64,000 nucleotides of DNA from Macrostomum lignano (lineage: Eukaryota): assembly GCA_002269645.1 (NCBI GenBank), contig NIVC01003614.1, positions 1 to 64,000 on the forward strand. Direction: 5' to 3'. Below, piece after piece: positions 1 to 10,700 of the stretch (position 1 is its first letter; each line of letters opens with the position of its first letter). The notes under the pieces are model-generated. The model was not told the origin of the DNA. It searched no databases and saw only the letters and a program-made list of their open reading frames with translations. Both the position numbers and the translations under genes were made by a program.

Positions 1-159
1 ATTAATGGGTTCGCATTTAGCAAGACAAAAGCAGTTTATAACATAAGATAATCTGTAAAAACAGTTTTCTGCTTTAAATACTATGCATGAGAAAGAGAAC
101 ACCAGCTAACTTAAGATTTTTTATACTGCTTTACGCTAAAAGTTTTCCTCGAAAGTAGT

Positions 160-536
160 GGGTCTCCCTAAAACACGCACCGCCCCGCCCCACAGCGCTG
201 CACGTTAAAACAATTGGACTATAACTGAAGACATTTCAAAATGCGTTTTATGTTAAGCTTTAAGCTTTTATTAAAATTTAGTTTTTTTACTTTAAAATAT
301 TAAATTCGGTGATATAATAAGTGATACAATTAATAATATTAATAAAATAATAATAATTTAATTTAATAATGCAAACAAGAATATGAAAAATAATAATAAT
401 ATTTAAAGTAATAATTAAAGTTAATTATTCTGTTACTCTTACAACAAATAGTTTTCTTTGCAATCAAAATACTGCATTGACAAAAATGTTATAATGTGTA
501 GCGGTCGGGCGGTGCGGTGCGTGTTTTAGGAGACCC
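160..536. mobile_element. MITE (377 bp) with ~50-bp imperfect TIRs and 8-bp TSD
   Basis: Left end GGGTCTCCCTAAAACACGCACCGC (160) is the reverse complement of right end GCGGTGCGTGTTTTAGGAGACCC (536). AAAGTAGT flanks both sides (152-159, 537-544). AT-rich non-coding interior. Confidence 0.9.
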
Positions 537-833
537 AAAGTAGTAGGCCTGCAGTTTGTTCTCTTAAAATCAAATCAAATCAAATCTGTTAAACAGAGAG
601 AGAGAATATCTGCTGTTAAAATATTTTTTAAAACCTGCACTGGTCAGCAGTGTAAACACTTATGCGGTTTTAAAATTACAAGCGAAAGGGATCAGCCAGA
701 CAAATAATCGACAGGCCTCACCTCAGACCGTAGTTAAGATTTAACCTTTAAATTTCTCGAAATCAATTTTGTATAGGCCTCCTAATATTTTTGGCTGCCC
801 AATAAGCTAAGCTAACTAAGGTCGGATCAGGCC

Positions 834-3800
834 ATGTCTTTTCCTTGCATTTCTTGTGGAGTTATACTCGCCAGCTCAGCTGAACAGCGAGAGCATTATA
901 AAAGTGAATGGCACAGATATAATCTGAAAAGAAAAGTAGCTAATCTACCCCCCATTCCTATTGATGAGTTTAATTTGAAAAAGACATTGTTTGCTAAGTC
1001 AGATTATGAGGCTCACAATCCAACTGGGAGTGGTGGAGAAGAGAAATCTAAAAAGAGCTTGTAAGTACCTCAAGGCTTGATTCCTAATTTTAATTTTAAT
1101 TTATTTTTAAGCAAACATTTAACAAAAAAGCAAGGCTTATCAATATCATTTAGAATTAAAAGATATTTATATATTAGCCCTTCCTCTATTTATTGAGAAG
1201 GCTTAGGTTTAGTATAATAAATTGCAGTCTGTAGACCATTATAGGCCTATCCAAGCAAGCATGACAAACCTTAGTGATTTAGTATATTTGGATATAAATT
1301 CCTAGATAATAAATTTAAATATGGCATTATCTATTATGATTATGAAGTTAGAAACCTTTCTAGGTTATCATTATCAAAATTATACAAAAAGACTTTATAT
1401 TCTAAGCAATAATAATTTTTTAAAGTCTAGGCCTACAATTAGGCCTAGGCCAAATGTAATTGTCAATTCATTTTTAAAAGTATTAAACATTATATGCCAC
1501 TATCAGAAAGGCCAAAGATGTCTAATGTATACCAGAGTTTTTTTGGCATTCTTTCATTTTACAATCCCCATTCCTAGGCACTTTCGTTATACGATCCCTA
1601 TGTAAAAGACACAGTGAAAGAATATAGACACAAAAGACTAGAACATATCCATCAAAGAGTCAAAGTCACTGCACTAAGGCAGTTTCAAAAGCTGTCTATT
1701 TTGAAGGCAACCAAACAAAGCCTGGACAAGAGTCTTCGCAAGAACAGTATAGGAGCCTCCCTATATTCACTTTCATTATACAATCGTTTAAATGGAGGAA
1801 GTGTATTGAAAGGGATCGGATAACAAAACTTAGGCTTTTCATCAATTTCGTAATATGATCCTTTAAGTTAGAAATTTTTTTGCAGGGGATCGTATATCAA
1901 AAGTGAAATTTGATATCGTAGGCTACTAATTATATATGAAGTAAAAATAGTTCATACAACTTGTTCGATGCCGCCTGACACCCCCTCACTTTTGTTTTAT
2001 GATCCCCTTACAGTATGGAGAGTATTGTTTCATGCTATTGGGGATCATATAATGAAAGTGAGGGGGGTAAAAAATAGATGAATATCATATCATATTATAT
2101 ATGATATGATATGTGAATTGTATAGAACGACCTATGAGACTTCTTTTTATTGGCCATTGCTGAAATTTTTACAAGGTGTTTTTTTGCATGTTAGGTACAC
2201 AATCCCCTCCAAACAAATTTTGCCTTGAGGGATCGTATTACAAAATTGATGAAAAGCTTAAGTTTTGTTATCTAATCCCTTTCTATACATTTCTTCCATT
2301 TAAATGATTAAATGCTTTTGATTTTCTATAATAGTGATCATATATCCAATCTTACTAGATTTTAGACAATATTAGATCAATTTGTGCATATTACTGCACC
2401 TGGTCCTGTTCATTATAATTTTGACTTTTTTCTACATTTTTTATGCTAGCCCACTGGTTTAACTATAATCGCTATAGATTTTCTTAGTTCTTGACAGAAA
2501 GCTATTTTTCCCTATTGCTTTATGGTTATTAATTTATATAAATAACTCGAGTTGCAAACCTATGCAGTACACACATGCAGCTCTTACTTTTGACTTAGCT
2601 GCAGGGGCTCTGTGTGTCCAGAAACAGCGAGGCGTTGCCACCCCTAGCGACATACATGTAGCCCAAGCTGCAGTCTATTCTATTTTTTTTATTAGAGGCA
2701 GGGGGTTGTGTGTACCCTATCGCACTTTAAGCGATATGGGCACACAACCGGCGAGAGGCATTACTGCCCATTCCGCCAACTCCCCTGAGCAGGCACACAA
2801 GCGCGCGGATACATACGCAGGCACACACTCACATAGGAGTGTACAGCAGCCCTAACTTTATTTTATCGTTAGGCATGTACACTTCATTGCACCTTGGGGG
2901 TTGGCTCTCAAGGTCATTAATTGCACAAGCGGAGCCAAGCTGAGATTCCAATTCAGCCCCAAATTAATGTGACTGCACTTGGAATTGAGCCTGGGTCGCG
3001 GCACACCAGAGCAGCTGCGCTACTGCTGGGCTACGGCCCCCTCGCAGTCTATTCTAGGATGCATGTGCATTTTGTGTTACACATGCGGATAGCTTTACAC
3101 AGGTTGTATAGCGGCCAAGGCGCAATCAATCCCAGGTCTGAATGTACCTTGGCACCATAATAGAGATGCATTAGCAAGTTTACCCCTGTAGATCCTGTAA
3201 ATTGTCTTGCTTCGCGAATGATTAAAAAGTCATAATAAAAAAACTTTCGATTGGCATTTTAATTTTATCGAATAGACTTAGTCTGTCCTCCTGGAATTGT
3301 GCACTTTGTCCTTCAGCCCCAATCCCCATGCCCGCTAATCCGCAGCCCTACTGCTCCGCCTGTCACAAGAAATTCTCCAGCGCTAAAGCTTTCGAAAATC
3401 ACGTTGCTTCGAAGAAGCACAAGCAGCGCGAAGCCGAGCAGCTGGAGCAGCGCGAGACGCCTGGCCGCTCCGACTCGCCCGATTGGCTCAGCGTTGACGG
3501 CGACTCTGACTCAGACTCGGGCGAACTCGATGGCGAGTCTCCACTCGGCCAGGAGGAGTGCCTGTTCTGCCCGAATGTGGCCGCCAGCCTGGAGGCCAAC
3601 TGCGCGCACATGCTGCGCGAGCACGGGTTCGCTCTCCCCGACCCGGACCTGCTGTCCGACCTGGAGGGCCTCATCACTCTGCTAGATTATAAAGTTGGCG
3701 TCGGGCGCGAGTGCCTCTGGTGCCACGGGGCCAGACGATTTGACAGCGTGCGAGCGGTGCGCAGCCACATGCTGGACAAGGGCCACTGTCGGTATAACCT

Positions 3801-5056
3801 GGCCGGGGAGCACGCCTTTGATCTTGCCGACTTCTACGACTATAGCAGTCTGGGGGTGAGCAGCATCAGGGTTGGGATTGAGTGCGGATTGGGATCATTA
3901 GATGGGATCAGATTAGATGAGATCGGGTTAGATGGGTTCGGGTTAAATGGGATCAGATGAGATGGGATCAGATTAGATGGGATCGGGTTAGATGGGTTCG
4001 GTTTAGATGGGATCAGATGAGATAGGATCAGATTAGATGGGATCGGGTTAGATGGGATCAGATTAGATGGGATCGGGTTAGATGGGATCGGGTTAGATGG
4101 GATCGGGTTAGATGGGATCGGGTTGGATGGGATCAGATTAGATGGGTTCGGGTTAGATGGGTTCGGTTTAGATGGGATCAGATGAGATAGGATCAGATTA
4201 GATGGGATCGGGTTAGATGGGATCGGGTTGGATGGGATCAGATTAGATGGGTTCGGTTTAGATGGGATCAGATGAGATGGGATCAGATTAGATGGGATCG
4301 GGTTAGATGGGTTTGGGTTAGATGATATCAGATTGGATGGGATCAGATGAGATGGGATCAGATGAGATGGGATCAGATTAGATGGGATCAGATTAGATGG
4401 GATAAGGTTAGATGGGATCGGGTTAGATGGGATCAGATTTGATGGGAAAAAGATCAGATTAGATGGGATCAGATTTGATGGGAAAAGATCAGATTAGATG
4501 GGATCAGATTGGATGGATCCGATTAGATGGGATAGGATTAGATAGGATAGAATGAAATGGGATCAAATTAGATTTGATCAGACTGGATGACATCAGTTTA
4601 GATGCGATGGGATCTTATTAGTATTGCATAATCTCGGGCAGAATTTTCAAGCAGAATTCCTCTGCTTGCCGATCGGATCCCCCAGCTCGATCCCAACGCC
4701 GGCGAAGACGACGCCGACTCAGGCGAAGAAGACGCGCCAACCGATCTGGAGACATTCGAGCTGGTGCTGCCGTCCGGCGCCGTTGTCGGGCACCGCTCTC
4801 TGATGCGCTACTACAGGCAGAGCCCGGCCCCTCCCGGGCGGTGGCCCTGCCTGCGGCCGGCGGCAGCCTGCAGCATCAGCGCCTGCTGGCTCAGTACAGA
4901 TCCATTGGCTGGCACGGCCCGACCCGCGGCCAGGCCGAGGTGGCCACCCTGCGCGATCGGGCCTTCGTGCAGCGGCATCGGCAGCGGGCGGCTGTGCAGC
5001 TCGGCTTGGGCGCCAATCGGCTGCAGAAACACTTCAGGGATCAGAATCCCAAGTAG
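834..5056 (+). CDS. ZNF622: Cytoplasmic pre-60S maturation zinc-finger protein ZNF622/Rei1. Exons 834-1060, ~3276/3282-3855, 4686-5056 (1-nt frameshift near 4835)
   Basis: N-terminal CxxC...EQREHYKSEWHRYNLKRKVANLPP; second finger CSACHKKFSSAKAFENHVASKKH; CLFC...HMLREHGF; CLWC...HMLDKGHC; ELVLPSGAVVGHRSLMRYYRQ; C-terminal LLAQYRSIGW...KHFRDQN. Donors GTAAGT (1061) and GTGAGC (3856), acceptor CAG (4683-4685). The exon-2 acceptor is uncertain. Confidence 0.9.
1576..2315. mobile_element. Degenerate foldback/MITE-like element built from a ~20-bp motif in alternating orientation
   Basis: ~85-bp inverted repeat 1782-1868 vs 2226-2312, inner inverted pair ~1981-2009 vs 2040-2068, recurring motif GGGATCRTATWAYRAAAGTG. 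No TSD found. Confidence 0.55.
2683..3043 (-). mobile_element. tRNA-derived SINE (family B), full length, with 13-bp TSD
   Basis: Minus-strand head GGGGCCGTAGCCCAGCAGTAG (A-box-like) and GGCTCAATTCC (B-box-like). A8 tail (T run 2683-2690). GCAGTCTATTCTA at 2670-2682 and 3044-3056. Confidence 0.8.
3870..4620. repeat. Pentamer-based satellite (GATGG/GATCA/GATTA; ~15-bp higher unit) in a ZNF622 intron
   Basis: Tandem GATGGGATCAGATTA variants starting ~15-25 nt after the donor at 3856. Confidence 0.95.
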
Positions 5057-5184
5057 ATGCTGGCTCTGGGTCCTCTGCCCATCTTTCATTGCTGCGTCTC
5101 TGCTTGCCAATCCAATGGCCTGCAGAGTTATGAAAATGATTTTTTGAGTCTTCTATCTGGATCACTGAGATGCGATTGCTGTGT

Positions 5185-5263
5185 TTTTGTCTGCCTGTCT
5201 GACTGTCTGTCTGCCTGTCTGTCTGTCTGTCTGTCTGTCTGTCCTTCTGCCTGTCTGTCTGCC

Positions 5264-5318
<55 letters not shown>

Positions 5319-5325
5319 GTCTCTG
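5185..5325. repeat. (TCTG)n microsatellite in the ZNF622 3' UTR
   Basis: Direct reading. Confidence 0.95.
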
Positions 5326-5462
5326 TGTCTGAGTGTCAGCCCATTTGTCCCATTGAGTTCATCTCCCTGTTCGCCCTGCAAGCCAGTCATAACTGATGTC
5401 GCTATCCAGTGTCAATATAAACTGTACTGTTTGTTGATCAGCTCCCTCCCAAATGGTTGATA

Positions 5463-5468
5463 AATAAA
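5463..5468 (+). terminator. Candidate polyadenylation signal of ZNF622
   Basis: AATAAA ~400 nt after the stop codon. Confidence 0.45.
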
Positions 5469-7035
5469 ACATTGCACCGCACTGTTTTCGGTGATGCTAA
5501 GAAATCTTCGCACTGTTTTGTTTTAAATTTCTGTTTGCAGCAGAGTCCCATCGCACCGAGCGAAGTGCAGCCATCCAAGTAATTAGTTTCTGCAGCTTTT
5601 AGATTAGCATGCATACAAGGTGACTAGGGGGATTCGGAATGCCTTAAGGAAATGGGATCTCTCTCTCCAGACAGCCTGGTTTATGAGGACCCGACGGTAG
5701 GGGGGAAGAGAGGTGACAGGCTTATTTCCGCCCAGCCTTCTCGTTTCCACTTCTTTCGGTTGCTATTGGCAACTTGAAAAAGATTGGGTGATTATAGAAA
5801 CGGAGCGAACTGGCACTTTAATTACTGAGGCCTGCCTTGCCTGCTGTCCCAGTTCCCGGTCCGGGTCGTCTTGACAAATCATAAAACACCCGCCTTCTTC
5901 TTCTGTCTCCCCCCCTCGAGTCAGTCTTTATGCACCTGCACGTCACGCCACCTACCCTCCTCCCCTCTCTCGATTATAAAACTGTGGCTTGCATGAGCTC
6001 TCGAAGTATTCGTTTTTGATAATAAAAAAATCCGTAAAAAATTCTTTTGATTTTGTTTGTCAATAAGAAGCAGTAGAAGTTTTCATGTTGCTATCTCGAA
6101 TGCGGTAAGTTGGAACAGTAAGTTTGCTATGTTGGTTGTTGGTTGGGACTCGTACTATCCTAGTATAAAGACAAACAACAAGGCCTTTTTTAATGACAAG
6201 CCCCAACCAACACTGAATTCGCGGTACCCACCCAGTGCCCGAGTCTGGTAGAGAATGAATTGAAAAAGAGTTTGACCAGGGACCTCTGAATACACTTGGA
6301 CTGGTAACCAGTAACCTAAAAGTTGTAGCAGAATTCACTAATTTATAGAGCATAACTTGTTTTCATAATTTTCATATTTTTCATTATCTAAGCTATAAAC
6401 ATAAAAAACAGTCATTCGCGCGAGAGCTCTGGGATGGAGGGGCATCATAAAACCGAAATATCATAACTCCGAATGTTTTAGCAATGTCCAATGCTATTTT
6501 GGTTTTTCTAGTTATTATTTTTGCACGAATTCAAACAGTCCATGTGCATCCAGAGGTCCCTGAGCTGGCGCAGCGAGCAGATCGTGAGAAGCAAATTGCA
6601 GGAGAAGAGATTGCGAAGAGCTGACAATGAAAGAGTGCAAACGGAGCAACGCCCCTACCGTGCACAGCTTATAAATTAGACATGCAAAACCCATCATACA
6701 AACTGCTTCTCTGTTAAATTATTTCATCTCGAGCTATTCTTCTGCGTGAGTTAACAACAATTTATTAGTTACCTTCACTTGTTATTTTGTAATGCGAGAC
6801 TTCTCATGTGCAACAGTTTGTGCTTAGCTTGGAGTGTCAAAAATAGAGTTAAAAAACAGATTTGATTTCAACTTACCGGTAGATTAGATAAACTGTTCAA
6901 TGTTATAAATTTCGCTTTGTAACTGGAATTCCTGTGACAACACTAAATTTGATTGAGGAAGCTTGTTTGTCACGTGTCGGTTGATTCTGTTGACCGTGTT
7001 TTTGCACCGCTTGTCTGTTCTGTAGGAATGTGTAC

Positions 7036-7037
<2 letters not shown>

Positions 7038-7092
<55 letters not shown>
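7038..7092. repeat. (GT)n microsatellite
   Basis: Direct reading. Confidence 0.95.
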
Positions 7093-7094
<2 letters not shown>

Positions 7095-7294
7095 CACAGG
7101 CATGCGCTTGTATTGTGCTTTGCGTGAGTCAGACATTTTTATGTGAAACTTTCTATGTGAAAATTAACTGTGAAGATTAGCTACCAACACTGCCGTGCCG
7201 CTGCTCTTTAAAAAACCTCTTTATTACATGAAAGACTTTGCAATGTCTTTTGCACTGCTAGGCCACCGCCTTTACCACACATCCTTAGTTCCTG

Positions 7295-7630
7295 CGCCAG
7301 CCTCTCAGATCCTCAGTTGTTAATTTATTCTCCCAGATCCTCAATTGCCAAGCTGTTGTCCCAGATCCTCAGTTGCTGGGCCAGCCTGCCAGATCCTCAG
7401 TTGCTGGGCCAGCCTCCCAGATCCTCAGTTGCTGGGCCAGCCTGCCAGATCCTCAGTTGCTGGGCCAGCCTCCCAGATCCTCAGTTGCTGGGCCAGCCTC
7501 CCAGATCCTCAGTTGCTGGGCCAGCCTCCCAGATCCTCAGTTGCTGGGCCAGCCTCCCAGATGCTCAGTTGCTGTGCCAGCCTCCCAGATCCTCAGTTAC
7601 TGTGCCAGCCTCACAGATCCCCAGTTGCCA
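7295..7630 (+). repeat. 28-bp minisatellite CAGATCCTCAGTTGCTGGGCCAGCCTCC upstream of the first ALAS coding exon
   Basis: About 10 tandem units. Explains the spurious N-terminus of ORF 7373-8389. Confidence 0.95.
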
Positions 7631-7747
7631 TCCCCACCTTACACACATCTGGGGCTCATATTGGTCAGGTCTAGCTCAGCATTGGGGATATTTAATCCAA
7701 GCATTTTCCCACAAGTCGCAGTCCCGCCCGCCCGCAGCCCGGCAGCC

Positions 7748-10700
7748 ATGCTGTCCTGCCCGTTTCTCAGCCACCTGCCGAGCGGCCTCATCCAGTCCCG
7801 GCCCTGGTCTCTGCTGCGCTTCGCCCAGCGCTGCCCCGTGATCGGCAAGCACATCCAGCGGGCCATGACAGCCGGCGTTGAGGAATCTACGCAGTCGCAG
7901 CGACATCAGCAACCGCCGCCGCCTTCGTCAATGTCTGAGACGAAGAAGTGCCCGTTTCTCAGCGGCCGCCTAGCTGCTAGCGACGCCGCCGTCTGCGGCC
8001 TGTCGCCGCCCAGCGAGTGTCCGTACAGCCGCATGGCCGGCCGGCCGCTGACCGTCTGCTGTATGGACGAGCAGCAGGCGGCTCCAATGCCAGCCGAGCC
8101 GCTGGTGCCGCAGGCTGAGCCCCCCAACCTCTACAACTACAAGGCCCGCTGCGAGGCCCAGCTGCAGCGGAAACGCGACGATTACAGCTATCGGGTGTTT
8201 CGCAAAGTGAACAGGCGCGGCCCGAGTTTCCCCCTGGCCGAGGAGCACACGGGCGGCAGGAAGGACATCACGGTGTGGTGCAGCAATGACTATCTGGGCA
8301 TGAGCTGGCATCCCGTGGTGCAGGTATTGGCAATTTCTGCTTCTAGTAGGGATTGTTGTCTAGTTAGTCTTCTCGTACGAGTACAATAAATGTATGAAAG
8401 TAGATCCTGAGGTGTGATGGGGGTAGAAGGGTAAGATGTTAGAGGCTGAGAGAGTCGGTTGGGGGGAGAAGTAGGCTGAGACAATCGGGGGAGATGTAGG
8501 CTGAGAGAAACGGGGGAAAAGTAGGCTGAGAGATTAGGGGGAAAAGTAGGCTGAGAGAAACGGGGGAGAAGTAGGCTGAGAGAAACGGGGGAGAAGTAGG
8601 CTGAAAGAATCGGGCGAGAAGTAGGCTGAGAGAAACGGGGGAGAAGTAGACTGAAAGAATCGGGGGAGAAGTAGGCTGAGAGAGTCGCTGGAGAAGTAGG
8701 CTGAGAGAATCGGGAGAGAAGTAGGCTGAGAGAGTCGCTGGAGAAGTAGGCTGAAAGAATCGGGGGAGAAGTAGGCTGAGAGAGTCGCTAGAGAAGTAGG
8801 CTGAGAGAGTCGCTGGAGAAGTAGGCTGAGAGAGTCGCTGGAGAAGTAGGCTGAAAGAATCGGGGGAGAAGTAGGCTGAGAGAGTCGCTAGAGAAGTAGG
8901 CTGAGAGAGTCGCTGGAGAAGTAGGCTGAGAGAGTCGCTGGTGAAGTAGGCTGAGAGAGTCGCTGGAGAAGTAGGCTGAGAGAGTCGCTGGAGAAGTAGG
9001 CTGAGAGAGTCGCTGGAGAAGTAGGCTGAGCACAGAAGATCAGCGGTGCCGATCGGTGACCGCCCACAGGAGGCGGTGATCGAGGCGGCCAGGCAGCACG
9101 GTGTGGGCTCGGGCGGCACCCGCAACATATCGGGCAACACCATCCATCACGAGGCGCTGGAGGCCGAGCTGGCCGACTGGCACGGCAAGGAGGCCGCCCT
9201 GCTGTTCACCTCGTGCTACGTAGCCAACGAGGCGACTCTGTACACCCTTGGCCAGCTGGTGCCCGGCCTGGTGTTTCTGTCCGATGCCGGTAATCACGCG
9301 AGCATGATTCACGGCATCCGCACTAGCAACTGTCGCAAGGTGAGCTGCTGCACTAACGAGTCAGTTTTAACCAAGCGTTCACGATGTTAAAACTGACTGT
9401 TCACAATGTTTCACTGCCAAAAATTCACATTTGTAAATATGCGTTCACAGTGTTGTAACCGAGGATTCACAGTTGTAACCGAGCGTTCACACTATTGCTA
9501 CATAAGGATTCACAGTTGTAACTAAGCGTTCACAATATTGCTACATAAGAAGGATTCACAGTTGTAACCGAGCGTTCACACTATTTCTACATAAGGATTC
9601 ACAGTTGTAACTAAGCGTTCACACTATTGCTTCATAAGGATTCACAGTTGTAACTAAGCGTTCACAGTATTGCTACATAAGGATTCACAGTTGTAACTAA
9701 GCGTTCACAGTATTGCTACATAAGGATTCACAGTTGTAACTAAGCGTTCACACTATTGCTACATAAGGATTCACAGTTGTAACTAAGCGTTCACAGTATT
9801 GCTACATAAGGATTCACAGTTGTAACTAAGCGTTCACACTATTGCTACATAAGGATTCACAGTTGTAACTAAGCGTTCACAGTATTGCTACATAAGGATT
9901 CACAGTTGTAACTACAGGGTGTCGACGGCCTCCTTTATATCCTTTATCTCCTTTATTATAGTTGTATTTTGTACAGTTTTGTACATTTGTGTACTTTTTG
10001 TACATTTATTACTCTCAACTGATATAATGTGCTGCATCAAAATAGTAGCAATAAATTTTTATTAACTGTCTAGCACGCCTGCAGCTACCTGTAGACCACC
10101 TGGTGCAGGTTGGTATGGATGGCCCAAGTGTCAATTTGAAGATTTTTTGCGATTTAAAGACAAAGCTACAGTCTGAGACTGAAGATCTCGCTGGTTCGGT
10201 TGTTCTTGACACTGGTACCTGTGGATTGCACACAGCAAGCCGATCATCCCATTGCAGCCATGACGCCAGTGGTTGGCATCTTCAGCAGTTTCTACGCAAC
10301 CTGTATTATTTGTTTAAAGACTGTCCAGCTCGAGTTACAGAATTCAAGCAGTGACACTGCTACAATCTACGCCCAATCAAGTTCTGTACTGTCCGCTAGC
10401 CAGAGAATTCCAAAGCAGCCAACCGAAGCACTGGAAATGCTTCCTAGCTTACTCCAGTGGCTGGCTGCAAAGAGACCTGATGATTCAGAGTCCCTCATGT
10501 CACAGCTTCGATCTGCTTGTGCTGACAAGTACTTAGAGGCCAAGCTTCATTTTTTGTCTCTATCGCCAACCTACTTGAGCCATTTTTGCGACAGTTCCAA
10601 GCTGCTGCACCAATGTTTCCATTTTTGTACGAATCTCTAGGAGAAGTGCTTCGCAGTGTCATGCTACGATTTTTGGATGCCGACGTGATGAAGAAGTGCC

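Noticed and set aside
834-1064. ANKZF1/Vms1 or a stand-alone small zinc-finger gene
   Set aside because: Position at the N-terminus and KRKVANLPPI match Rei1/ZNF622; the stop lies inside a GTAAGT donor.
5400-7747. Iron-responsive element in the ALAS 5' region
   Set aside because: CAGTG occurrences (~5406, ~6233) lack the complementary 5-bp stem.
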